Assembly: GCA_022703055.1 (NCBI GenBank)
Contig: JAKLEP010000003.1
Coordinates: forward strand, 22,238 to 86,237
Source of the DNA: Candidatus Omnitrophota bacterium
GTDB lineage: Bacteria; Omnitrophota; Gorgyraeia; VGKH01
Direction of reading: 5' to 3'
Length of the DNA stretch: 64,000 nt
The notes beneath the pieces were generated by a model. The model worked only from the letters and a program-made list of their open reading frames with translations, did no database searches and was not told where the DNA came from. The position numbers and the translations under genes are program-made. Each line of letters opens with the position of its first letter. Within the stretch, counting starts at the first letter, position 1. This document shows positions 1 through 8,602 of this stretch, one piece after another.

Positions 1-838
1 TGAATTTTGCATGTTGTCGCAAATCGAAATCGGTGCGGTTGGCAATGCCTTCCAATTCCGACCAGCCAAACGGGAAATTATATTCCACATCAGTGCAGGC
101 CTTGGCATAGTGGGCGAGTTCATCCTTTTGATGCTCACGCTTCTTCAAGTTATTTTTATTAAGTCCGAGGTTTAGATACCAGTTGAATCTTTGCTCAACC
201 CAGTATTCGTAGAATTTGTCGGCGTCTTTAGGCTCGACAAAATATTCTATCTCCATCTGTTCGAATTCCCGGGTGCGGAAAGTGAAATTTCCCGGAGTGA
301 CTTCGTTACGGAAAGATTTTCCGATTTGGGCGATTCCAAAGGGGAGTTTTTTTCTTGCAGAATTAAGAACGTTGCTAAAATTTACGAATATACCCTGGGC
401 GGTTTCGGGGCGAAGATAGCTTAAGGCGCTGGCATCTTCAACTGGCCCTAGATAGGTCTTAAGCATAAGGTTAAAAGCTCGGCCTTCAGTGAAGTCTTTG
501 GAGCCGCAATCGGGACAGGTATCTCCAATTTTATCTTTGCGGAATCTTTTTTTGCATTTTTTGCAGTCGACTAATATATCGGAGAAACTTTGGGTGTGTC
601 CTGATGCTTCCCAGGTTTTGGGATGCATGAGTATGGCGGCATCGAGACCGACCACATCATCCCTTGCTTGGACAACGGACTTCCACCAGGCATTTTTGAC
701 ATTACGTTTTAGCTCGGCTCCCAGCGGGCCATAATCCCAGCTGTTGGAAAGTCCGCCATAAATCTCGGAAGACTGGAAGACAAAACCCCTTCTTTTGCAG
801 AGTGATACGATTTTATCCATGAGATTTTCTTGTGGCAT
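1..838 (-). CDS. glyQS: Glycine--tRNA ligase, dimeric class II type, partial. The N-terminal 279 codons are present and the C-terminus lies beyond base 1.
   Basis: This ORF is absent from the ORF track because it runs off the window. I checked every minus-strand codon from the ATG (836-838) down to base 2 and found no stop. The translation [52 protein letters not shown]... is the hallmark GlyQS N-terminus. Confidence 0.9.
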   Translation of the reverse strand, partial: MPQENLMDKIVSLCKRRGFVFQSSEIYGGLSNSWDYGPLGAELKRNVKNAWWKSVVQARDDVVGLDAAILMHPKTWEASGHTQSFSDILVDCKKCKKRFRKDKIGDTCPDCGSKDFTEGRAFNLMLKTYLGPVEDASALSYLRPETAQGIFVNFSNVLNSARKKLPFGIAQIGKSFRNEVTPGNFTFRTREFEQMEIEYFVEPKDADKFYEYWVEQRFNWYLNLGLNKNNLKKREHQKDELAHYAKACTDVEYNFPFGWSELEGIANRTDFDLRQHAKF

Positions 839-955
839 AGGCTTTTATTCTAACCTAAAAGAATCCAAATTTCAAGTTTTTAAATAATTAAATTAACTTG
901 ATAGTTTTTGATCTTGGTTAGGCAAGATTAAATTTGGGTTAATTCGGCTTGAAAA

Positions 956-1354
956 TTATTTTATAGCCGCTAGTAACGCGTCGTTATTGTCTGCACAGAT
1001 GACAAAGCTGCATGGGCAAGAACAGCTACATGCCGCTCCGTAACAATATTTTATGTTTATATTTTTTGCTTTAATCATGGCAGCCAATTTGTTTAATGCC
1101 CCAGGCTTATTCTCTAATCCGGCGATTACTACATCAGTTTCTTTGAGCTGCCAGCCTTTCGAGGATATAGCTTGTTTTACTTTTGCATTGTTATTTGTAA
1201 TCACGTAGAAGACGGCCTTGCCTTCCATTCCGTAGGCGCAAATCGCTTCGATATTTACTCCCTGAGCTGTAATGAGATTTGACAATTCTTCCAGCATCCC
1301 AACTTTGTCAGGCGCGGTAATAGTCAATTGCTTCGCTACTTTTGCTTGAGCCAT
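956..1354 (-). CDS. Small tandem ACT-domain protein with a Cys-rich C-terminal patch
   Basis: The 132 aa ORF has two repeats of the ACT-like pattern (PDKVGMLEELSNLI...; LENKPGALNKLAAMI...). It has a strong SD (GGGAGGAGG) 5 nt upstream of the ATG. Six Cys lie in CYGAACSCSCPCSFVIC. Confidence 0.6.
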   Translation of the reverse strand: MAQAKVAKQLTITAPDKVGMLEELSNLITAQGVNIEAICAYGMEGKAVFYVITNNNAKVKQAISSKGWQLKETDVVIAGLENKPGALNKLAAMIKAKNINIKYCYGAACSCSCPCSFVICADNNDALLAAIK

Positions 1355-1382
1355 ATCTTCCTCCTCCCTTCGTTTTTACTAA

Positions 1383-1411
1383 TTTATAACTCTAAAAATA
1401 TATTTTTGCAA
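1383..1411 (-). promoter_or_regulatory. Putative sigma70-type promoter for the ACT-domain gene
   Basis: On the minus strand I read TTGCAA, a 17 nt spacer, then TATAAA. The -10 element ends about 30 nt upstream of the ATG at 1354. Confidence 0.4.
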
Positions 1412-1462
1412 GGAAATAAAATTACGGTTTTGAAATCGGAGAATTATTTTAGATAAGATTAA

Positions 1463-1903
1463 CTATTCGTTTAAGGCAGGTAGATTTTCCTGTTTTTGGG
1501 ACTTCTTGTAGGTGTTGTAATCTACTCCGCGCTCAAGGAAACGCTCGTCAATTCTTTCCGGTTCAAAGAATTTCCTAACGAATTTCTTGGCTTTGGTAGT
1601 ATCGAATTCTTTGCAGCAGTATATATCAACAGAAATGTAATTTTTAACCGACAAAGTATGTATAACAACCGAGCTTTCAACTAAAGGAGCCCATCCTGAG
1701 AGGCCTGCTTTATCGGGAAACTTTGAGGCGTCGGTAAAGAAAATGCTGGGTGGGGCTTGTTTTTCCATTCCTAGGTAGGCGACAATCTCATCGAGGAATT
1801 TATAACCTAGTGCCAGGTCATCGCAGACACCAGGTTTGCAGTTATATAAATCTAATAAAAGTTCGTATCCGAACGGTTCGTGTTTCTTAAGTCTGTTTTC
1901 GAT
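1463..1903 (-). CDS. speH: Pyruvoyl-dependent S-adenosylmethionine decarboxylase family protein (SpeH-like). I extended it upstream of the track ORF 1463..1768.
   Basis: The track ORF contains the processing and active-site region LVES-SVVIHTLSVKNYISVDIYCC (compare ESH..HTWPE....D.FTC). The in-frame upstream stretch 1769-1915 is open and encodes the conserved N-terminal strand FGYELLLDLYNC. It has no ATG, GTG or TTG, so I placed the start provisionally at the ATC at 1901-1903, 6 nt after AAGGA. Confidence 0.6.
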   Translation of the reverse strand: MENRLKKHEPFGYELLLDLYNCKPGVCDDLALGYKFLDEIVAYLGMEKQAPPSIFFTDASKFPDKAGLSGWAPLVESSVVIHTLSVKNYISVDIYCCKEFDTTKAKKFVRKFFEPERIDERFLERGVDYNTYKKSQKQENLPALNE

Positions 1904-2001
1904 CTTAATTCCTTTTTAATCAGCAGAAATACTTTACTGATTTAATTTATAACAAGTTTTCAGATAAATGCAAGAAAAATTTTTAAAATTTTCTCTTGAT
2001 G

Positions 2002-2352
2002 TTAGTAATCTTCGGTAAGTTCAATTTTTTTTCTCAGTTGTTTTTTCTCCGATCGTATTTTCTTCTGTTTAAAAATCTCTTCTTTGATGCCTTGAGGCAC
2101 CATAGTTGTTATTCTTTTCTTTCTTTTTTTAGTTAATTCGAGTAATTTCTTCTTCAGTCTGTGGAGAGCGAGTTTTTTGTTGTCGATCTGCGAACGAAAC
2201 TCGGTAGCAATCGTCTCAATTCCTGTCGGAGTATGATGAACCCTGACAGCAGTTTCTTTTTTATTCTTTCTCTGTCCGCCGGGGCCTGGGCTACGGTAAA
2301 AGAATATTTTTGTCTCTTTGATAAGATTGTCTAAATTGATTCTTTGTTTCAT
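2002..2352 (-). CDS. GGQ-domain-only release-factor-like protein (ArfB-like peptidyl-tRNA hydrolase candidate)
   Basis: The 116 aa protein has SPGPGGQRKNKKETAVRVHHTPTGIETIATEFRSQIDNK, which matches RF1/RF2 domain 3. A Lys/Arg-rich tail follows. No codon-recognition domains are present. Confidence 0.7.
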   Translation of the reverse strand: MKQRINLDNLIKETKIFFYRSPGPGGQRKNKKETAVRVHHTPTGIETIATEFRSQIDNKKLALHRLKKKLLELTKKRKKRITTMVPQGIKEEIFKQKKIRSEKKQLRKKIELTEDY

Positions 2353-2369
2353 AAAGTTAGAAAATTGGG

Positions 2370-3200
2370 TTAAATTTTATCCAGTTCTTCTTTTTTAATC
2401 GTGAAGCTGTGTTCCGGGGTCGGAAATTTTCCGCTTACTACTTCTTCTATATATTGTTTGAATGCTTCCAGGATTTTTGGTGAAAGATTAATGTATTGTT
2501 TGACAAATTTTGGTTTGAACCGTTCAAAAAGACCTAGAAGATCATGCGTGACCAATACTTGGCCATCGCAATAAATTCCAGCACCGATTCCTACGGTGGG
2601 GATTCTTAATTTTTCCGTGATTTGTTTTGCGACCAGATCCGGGACGCATTCTAAAACAATGCTAAAGCATCCTAATTTTTCCAAGAGTTCTGCCTGTTGG
2701 ATTAATCTTTTGGCAGCCTCGGCGTCTTTGCCTTGGACTTTGAATCCGCCGAGCTGATCAGCAGTTTGTGGTGTAAGCCCTATGTGTCCCATAACCGGAA
2801 TTCCGGCTTTGATAATTTTCTCCGTGACTTGAGGGCATTTGTCAAACCACTCAAGCTTTACCGCATCGCAGCCTTCATCCATAAAACGCTTAGCATTTTT
2901 GACTGATTCTTCCGGGTTGACTTGGTAGGATTCAAAAGGCATATCCCCGACTAAAAATGCGTATTTTATGGCACGTTTGACTGCTTTGGTATGATGAATC
3001 ATTTCGGCCATCCCGACTTGGGTAGTGGATTTTAAACCCAATACCACATTGGCAACCGAATCGCCCACCAAAACCATGTCTATGCCGGCTTGGTCCATCA
3101 ATGAAGCTGTCGGAAAATCGTAAGCTGTGAGCATAGTAATTTTCTGTTTTTTCTGCTTCAGCCTCTTGATATCTTCAAGAGTAATTTTATTGCGTTCCAT
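2370..3200 (-). CDS. panB: 3-methyl-2-oxobutanoate hydroxymethyltransferase
   Basis: The 276 aa length and the motifs LTAYDFPTASLMDQAGIDMVLVGDS and GHIGLTPQ are typical of PanB. Confidence 0.93.
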   Translation of the reverse strand: MERNKITLEDIKRLKQKKQKITMLTAYDFPTASLMDQAGIDMVLVGDSVANVVLGLKSTTQVGMAEMIHHTKAVKRAIKYAFLVGDMPFESYQVNPEESVKNAKRFMDEGCDAVKLEWFDKCPQVTEKIIKAGIPVMGHIGLTPQTADQLGGFKVQGKDAEAAKRLIQQAELLEKLGCFSIVLECVPDLVAKQITEKLRIPTVGIGAGIYCDGQVLVTHDLLGLFERFKPKFVKQYINLSPKILEAFKQYIEEVVSGKFPTPEHSFTIKKEELDKI

Positions 3201-4574
3201 TTATTTCACCTTCTTTAGATAATTATCTATTGCCGCAGCTGCTTTTTTACCCGCGCCCATGGCAGAAATTACAGTATCGGCTCCGGTGATAATATCTCCT
3301 CCGGCAAAAACTCCCGGAATTGATGTCATCAAATTTTCATCAACCCAGATTGTGCCTTCTTCGTTGACTTTTAATTTAGGTGTCGATTTATAAAGCAAAG
3401 GGTTAGGATTTTGTCCTATCGCAACGATAACAGTATCAACATCCAGTATGAATTCAGAGTTTTTAATTGGAATTGGTCTACGCCTGCCCGAGGCATCAGG
3501 TTCGCCAAGCTGCATCTGTAGACATTTCATCCCGTTGACAAATCCCTTATCATCGACTAGAATTTCTGTCGGTTGAGTGAGCAATTTAAATTTTAAGCCT
3601 TCTTCTCTTGCGTTTTCGATTTCTTCGGCTCTTGCCGGCATCTCCTGTTCGCTTCTTCGATAAACCAGGGTGACATCTTTTCCTAGTCGCATTGCTACTC
3701 TGGCACAATCGAAAGCAACGTTTCCCGCGCCAACTACGGCGATCTTCTCCCCTATATTTATCGGCGTGGCATATTCGGGGAATTTATATGCCTTCATCAG
3801 ATTCATTCTGGTTAAGAATTCATTTGCTGAATATACTCTGTTAGCATTTTCTCCCGGGATTCTCATGAATTGTGGTAAGCCAGCTCCAACCGCGACAAAT
3901 ATCGCCTTGAAACCCTGCTTGAAAAGTTCATCAATAGTGTAAGTTTTTCCGATTAATACATTAGGACGGAAATCTACCCCCAGAGATTTGATATATTCCA
4001 CTTCTTGCAAGACAATTTTCTTAGGAAGTCTGAATTCTGGGATGCCATACATAAGAACACCACCGGGAAGATGCAGTGATTCAAACATGGTTACATTGTA
4101 TTCCAATTTTGCCAGATCCGCGGCAGCGGTTAATCCGGCCGGACCAGAACCGACTACCGCCACTTTATCAGATTTTGTAGCTTTGTTTGATCCCGTTATT
4201 TTTCTTGTTGTAGTTTCATGATCTGCAGCGAACCTTTCCAGAGAGCCTATATTGATCGCCATTTTTTTCTTGTTTAGGATACAGACGGCCTCGCATTGCG
4301 TCTCTTGCGGGCAGACACGCCCGCAAACAGCCGGCAAATTATTCTTCTCTTTGATTTTTTTAATCGCTTCTTCGAATTTGCCTTCGGCAATTAATTTGAT
4401 AAAAGCCGGAATATTTATTTGTACCGGGCAACCCTCAACGCAAAAAGGTTTCTTGCATTGCAGACAGCGTTTTGCCTCAAGTAAAGCCTGTTCTTTGGAA
4501 AAACCTAAAGCAACCTCAAAAAAGTTTTTTACCCGTTCTTCAGGTTTTTGCTTGGGCATCTTTTGTTGAGACAT
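3201..4574 (-). CDS. nfnB: NfnB/GltD-type NADPH-dependent oxidoreductase large subunit (glutamate synthase small-chain family)
   Basis: The N-terminal Fe-S Cys motifs are CLQCKKPFCVEGCP and CGRVCPQETQCEAVC. There are two dinucleotide folds, VAVVGSGPAGLTAA and IAVVGAGNVAFD. It is paired with a PyrK-like subunit directly upstream. Confidence 0.85.
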   Translation of the reverse strand: MSQQKMPKQKPEERVKNFFEVALGFSKEQALLEAKRCLQCKKPFCVEGCPVQINIPAFIKLIAEGKFEEAIKKIKEKNNLPAVCGRVCPQETQCEAVCILNKKKMAINIGSLERFAADHETTTRKITGSNKATKSDKVAVVGSGPAGLTAAADLAKLEYNVTMFESLHLPGGVLMYGIPEFRLPKKIVLQEVEYIKSLGVDFRPNVLIGKTYTIDELFKQGFKAIFVAVGAGLPQFMRIPGENANRVYSANEFLTRMNLMKAYKFPEYATPINIGEKIAVVGAGNVAFDCARVAMRLGKDVTLVYRRSEQEMPARAEEIENAREEGLKFKLLTQPTEILVDDKGFVNGMKCLQMQLGEPDASGRRRPIPIKNSEFILDVDTVIVAIGQNPNPLLYKSTPKLKVNEEGTIWVDENLMTSIPGVFAGGDIITGADTVISAMGAGKKAAAAIDNYLKKVK

Positions 4575-5377
4575 TCTTCCTGCTCCTTGAATAAATTAAG
4601 CCTAGATCTCAATTCTTTAAAATCGACTAGATGGCCATCGAATTCTGGGCCGTCAACACAGCCGAAATAAGTTTTTCCTCCGACTGTTACTCTGCATGCT
4701 CCGCACATGCCAGTGGCATCAACCATAATTGGGTTAAGATTCACAATAGTTTTTATTTTTAAAGGACGGGTGTATTCTGCGACTGCCGCCATCATAGGCA
4801 CAGGCCCTATGGCATACACTACATCAATATGCTTGTGCGCTTGAAATAATTTATTTAAGACTTCCGTGACTAATCCTTTTTGGCCGTATGAACCGTCATC
4901 GGTAGTTACGTATAATTGATCACAGGTATCCTTCATTTCTTTTTCTAGAAATATTAGGTCTTTGCTGCGGGAACCGATAATCCCGATTACTTCGTTTCCT
5001 TCATTCTTAAATGCCCGGCTTACTGGATAAACTTCGGCAATGCCTACGCCACCTCCGATACAAACGACCGTCCCCACATTTTTTATTTCCGTAGGTTTTC
5101 CTAGCGGGCCAAGGATTGCGTGAATATTGTCTCCTAATTTTAATTGTGCCAGGGTTTTTGTTGAGTGGCCAACTTCCTGGAAGATTAGTTTAATTGTTCC
5201 ATTTTTAGGATTCCAACCTGCTAAAGTCAAAGGGATTCTTTCGCCCTTTTCATCGGCAATAACTATGACAAATTGACCGGCCTTCGCTTTTTGAGCAATT
5301 TCAAAAGCATCGATTTCAATCTCGTTTATCCCGGGAGCAAGAATTTTCTTAGAACGTATCGAATGCATTAACTTCAT
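4529..5377 (-). CDS. nfnA: NfnA/PyrK-type FAD plus 2Fe-2S ferredoxin-NADP reductase small subunit
   Basis: The 282 aa protein has a ferredoxin-reductase fold (IGGGVGIAEVYP) and a C-terminal 2Fe-2S motif (GMCGACRV...GCVDGPEF). It overlaps nfnB by 46 nt. Confidence 0.8.
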   Translation of the reverse strand: MKLMHSIRSKKILAPGINEIEIDAFEIAQKAKAGQFVIVIADEKGERIPLTLAGWNPKNGTIKLIFQEVGHSTKTLAQLKLGDNIHAILGPLGKPTEIKNVGTVVCIGGGVGIAEVYPVSRAFKNEGNEVIGIIGSRSKDLIFLEKEMKDTCDQLYVTTDDGSYGQKGLVTEVLNKLFQAHKHIDVVYAIGPVPMMAAVAEYTRPLKIKTIVNLNPIMVDATGMCGACRVTVGGKTYFGCVDGPEFDGHLVDFKELRSRLNLFKEQEECLNKRCPSKNLKNG

Positions 5378-6305
5378 CCTCCGTATAAATTAATGCCTTT
5401 GTATTTTTATAATACTTTACTAAATCCATTCCCTTTGTTTTGCCTAGTACAAATATAGTCGTTGCCAGTGCGTCGGCAGATAGGCAATCCGGCGCGAGTA
5501 CGGTTGCCGAAATGACTTTGGAATCAGATGGAAATCCCGTTCGGGGGTCGATTATATGGGAATAACGCTTATTCCCTATTATAACCATCTGTTGATAGTC
5601 ACCGGATGTTGATACCGCCTGGTTTTCAAGATTCAAAGCATCCAGTAAATCTTTTTTATTGCGTGGGTGCTGGATTCCAATCTGCCAGGGCTCCCCGTTT
5701 TTATTACCTAGGCAATAAATATCGCCTGCAATAGCGATCAAGCAAGATTTCGTTCCATAGTCCCTGACTTTTTTAATCGCGCAGTCAACGGCATATCCTT
5801 TTCCAATGGCTCCTAAGTCAATACTCATGCCTTCTTTTAGGAAGGCAACCGTGGATTCTTTTTCATCTATTACGACTTTGTCGAATCCGACTAATTGCAT
5901 TGCCTTTTTGATATCTTCTTCTTGAGGCAATACTTTATTTTTAATTGCCTTTTTCCAGATATCAACTAAAGGACCAACAGTGACATCAAAAGCGCCGTTG
6001 CTTGTAATATAAAATTCTTTTGCTTTCGTTAATACATATAATAAATCAGGGCCCACCTTTAGTTTCCCTGAAGTATTTAATTTAGATACTTCGCTGTCAG
6101 AGACATATTTGCTTAAAAGGTTTTCAACCCTTTTTATTTCATTAAAGGCTATGTCAATGGCTCGTTGGTCTGAGCAGGTGATTTGAATGACTGTCCCCAG
6201 AGCGAATTCGTTACGTTTGTAATAAGGATTCTTGGAACAAGCAGATATACTAATAAGAAATGGTATTAAAATCAATAAAAAAAGTATATTTTTAAGCGGT
6301 CTCAT
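5349..6305 (-). CDS. apbE: FAD:protein FMN transferase ApbE, predicted lipoprotein
   Basis: A signal peptide with the lipobox ISISAC is present. ApbE motifs are GAFDVTVGPLVDIWK, IDLGAIGKGYAVD and STSGDYQQ. Confidence 0.85.
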   Translation of the reverse strand: MRPLKNILFLLILIPFLISISACSKNPYYKRNEFALGTVIQITCSDQRAIDIAFNEIKRVENLLSKYVSDSEVSKLNTSGKLKVGPDLLYVLTKAKEFYITSNGAFDVTVGPLVDIWKKAIKNKVLPQEEDIKKAMQLVGFDKVVIDEKESTVAFLKEGMSIDLGAIGKGYAVDCAIKKVRDYGTKSCLIAIAGDIYCLGNKNGEPWQIGIQHPRNKKDLLDALNLENQAVSTSGDYQQMVIIGNKRYSHIIDPRTGFPSDSKVISATVLAPDCLSADALATTIFVLGKTKGMDLVKYYKNTKALIYTEDEVNAFDTF

Positions 6306-8020
6306 TTTTTTATTTTTAAAAGGTTCTCAACATTGAGTGTGTTCACGACGTCATTTTTTTCAAGCCATCCTCTTCTGGCAACTGCCACACCGAATCTCAT
6401 GTTATCAAGTTGTTCGAAAAGGTGCGAGTCGGTTCCGATGGATAATTTTACTCCTTTTTCTTTAGCCGCCCTGGAATGTACATCATTTAGGTCAAGCCTA
6501 TTAGGAAAGGCATTAATTTCCAAGAAGGTCCCGGTATCATTGGCGACTTTTAAGATTTCATCAAAATCAAAATCATACGGTTCTCTTGTTCCCCACAGCC
6601 TTCCGGTTGGATGGGCGATTATATCAACATGCTTATTTTTGCAGGCGTTAACTATCCTTTTGGTGATTTGCGATTTGGATTGCTTAAATCCAGTGTGTAT
6701 CGCAGCGACAACTATGTCGAATTCTTCCAGGATGCTGTCTTTGTAATCCAGATTGCCACCAGAGTCGATATCTACCTCTGTTCCGTAAAGAATAACAAAA
6801 TTCTTGAAATTATTATTTAATTTCTCTATTTCTGCTTTTTTCTTCTTTAAGTCAGCAGCGCTCATTCCGTTAGCGACTCTTAAACTTTGCGAATGGTCGG
6901 TCAGGGCTATGTATTGGTAGCCCTTTTTTATCGCGGCCTTTGCCATGTCTGATATGGAGTTTCCTCCGTCGGAGTAAGTCGAGTGGGTGTGTAGGTCTCC
7001 TTTTATATCCTCGATATCTATCAGTTTTGGCAATTTGTGTTTTGAAGCAAGCTCAATTTCTCCAGTGTCTTCGCGCATCTCGGGCTCTATATAATCGAGT
7101 TTTAGAAATTTGAATATTTCTTCTTCGGTTTTTCCCGCAAGGTATTTCTCCTTAGGTCCTTTTACCGAAAAAACACCGTATTCATTTATTTTTTGCTGAT
7201 TTCTTTGGGCTATATGGCGGAGTTTTACATTAAAGTTCTTTGAGCCTGTAAAGTACAACAGCGCTGCTCCAAATTCTTTTTCTTCTACGACACGCACATC
7301 AACTTGTACGTCATCTTTCGTGAGGACCGAGGATTTGGTTTCGCCTTTTGCCATAATTCGTTTTACTGCTGGTAATTTTGTAAAGACGTCCATAATCTTG
7401 CCAGGGAAATTCGAAACCACCAATATATCTATATCCCTGACTGTTTCTTTTTTTCTCCTAAGGCTTCCCGCGGTTGAAATTTCTTTAACTTCTGGGATTC
7501 TTGATAGAGCATTAGTAAAATAATTGGCTACGTCCATCGCGATAGCCAAAGACATTCTTTCTTTGCCTTTTTTAACTAGCTCAATCCCCTTTTGTATATT
7601 TTCGATTGTTTTTTCTTTTATCCCAAAGATGCCAGCCAGCTTGTTTTTCTTTATGGCTGATTCAAGATCGCTTATACTTTTTATTTTTAATTTATCATAA
7701 AGCAGTTTTGCCGTTTTGGGACCTACTGAAGGGATCTTTAATATTTCCAGCAAACCTTCAGGAATAGTTTTTTTAAGATCGGAAAGGAACTTTAGTTTCC
7801 CAGTGATATAAATTTCCTTTATTTTATCGGATAAGTCTTTCCCGATTCCCGGTATATCTGAAAGGCTGTCATTTTTGATAAAATCAGATATATCTTCGGT
7901 TAAAGATTCGATATTTTGCGCCGCCCTTTCATAGGCGCGGATCCTGAAAACATTTTCCCCTTTTATTTCCAGTATTTGTGCGATTTCTCGGAATATTTCA
8001 GCGATTTCAATATTGTTCAT
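6302..8020 (-). CDS. polX: Family X DNA polymerase with C-terminal PHP domain (PolX)
   Basis: The N-terminal HhH/PolX region includes GIGKDLSDKI, GVGPKTA and SLRRKKETVRDIDILV. The C-terminal PHP motif is GDLHTHSTYSDG...LTDHS. Confidence 0.9.
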   Translation of the reverse strand: MNNIEIAEIFREIAQILEIKGENVFRIRAYERAAQNIESLTEDISDFIKNDSLSDIPGIGKDLSDKIKEIYITGKLKFLSDLKKTIPEGLLEILKIPSVGPKTAKLLYDKLKIKSISDLESAIKKNKLAGIFGIKEKTIENIQKGIELVKKGKERMSLAIAMDVANYFTNALSRIPEVKEISTAGSLRRKKETVRDIDILVVSNFPGKIMDVFTKLPAVKRIMAKGETKSSVLTKDDVQVDVRVVEEKEFGAALLYFTGSKNFNVKLRHIAQRNQQKINEYGVFSVKGPKEKYLAGKTEEEIFKFLKLDYIEPEMREDTGEIELASKHKLPKLIDIEDIKGDLHTHSTYSDGGNSISDMAKAAIKKGYQYIALTDHSQSLRVANGMSAADLKKKKAEIEKLNNNFKNFVILYGTEVDIDSGGNLDYKDSILEEFDIVVAAIHTGFKQSKSQITKRIVNACKNKHVDIIAHPTGRLWGTREPYDFDFDEILKVANDTGTFLEINAFPNRLDLNDVHSRAAKEKGVKLSIGTDSHLFEQLDNMRFGVAVARRGWLEKNDVVNTLNVENLLKIKK

Positions 8021-8035
8021 GTAGAACTTATTAGT

Positions 8036-8584
8036 TTATAAATCCTTGAGATTTTTTATAAGGACTTCTATCCCCAGAAAAAGCATTGACAGTAAGCCTC
8101 CGATAATAAATCCGCCCGCGACATCTGAAGGATAATGAAGGCCGAGGTAGATTCGGGATACACCGACAATAATAGCTATAGGTATCAATACAAAGCTTAG
8201 TTTTTTATATTTGAAACAAAGTATAGTGGCGATAACAGCAATTAGTGTTGCATGCGTGGAAGGAAATGCTGGAGAATGTGCTGTACCTATGACGCTTATA
8301 TCAGGATAGACTTCTATTGGGCGTGGCCTGTTTATAATTCCTTTTAATGTCCCAGCTAGAAAAAATGCAATGTAGGAAGTGAATAAAATAAAGACAGCAA
8401 CAAGTTTCTCTTTATATCTTCCAAATATAAATAACAAAATACATATTACAATTATTGTTGGGATTTCGCCTAGTCGAGTTACAAGCGAGAAAAATTTATC
8501 TAATGTATCTGTTTGGAAGTTTTTATTTATGAAGTAAAATATCGATTGGTCTAACTGCAAGATTTTATTTAATATGCTCTCCAT
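8036..8584 (-). CDS. PAP2-family membrane phosphatase (undecaprenyl-diphosphatase/PgpB-like)
   Basis: All three PAP2 motifs are present: KGIINRPRP, FPSTH and SRIYLGLHYPSD. The protein contains multiple hydrophobic helices. Confidence 0.85.
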   Translation of the reverse strand: MESILNKILQLDQSIFYFINKNFQTDTLDKFFSLVTRLGEIPTIIVICILLFIFGRYKEKLVAVFILFTSYIAFFLAGTLKGIINRPRPIEVYPDISVIGTAHSPAFPSTHATLIAVIATILCFKYKKLSFVLIPIAIIVGVSRIYLGLHYPSDVAGGFIIGGLLSMLFLGIEVLIKNLKDL

Positions 8585-8602
8585 CTTTGCAATCTCCTGT
8601 GT

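Noticed and set aside
839-955. Possible T-box or riboswitch leaders upstream of glyQS (839-955), hisS (19649-19756) and guaB3/guaA (26243-26398).
   Set aside because: The leaders are too short (about 110-155 nt including terminator and promoter elements) and too A+T-rich to hold a T-box or purine aptamer. I could find no specifier, T-box or conserved aptamer sequences.
4529-4574. Gene overlaps of 20-95 nt (nfnA/nfnB, apbE/nfnA, phoH/pgpH, tkt subunits) as evidence of frameshifts or pseudogenes.
   Set aside because: Both partners keep full-length family motifs in every case. Most of these overlaps shrink if an internal Met is used as the start, for example nfnB Met-6 and the tkt small subunit Met-21. 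Only the pgpH/ybeY overlap is retained as a finding.
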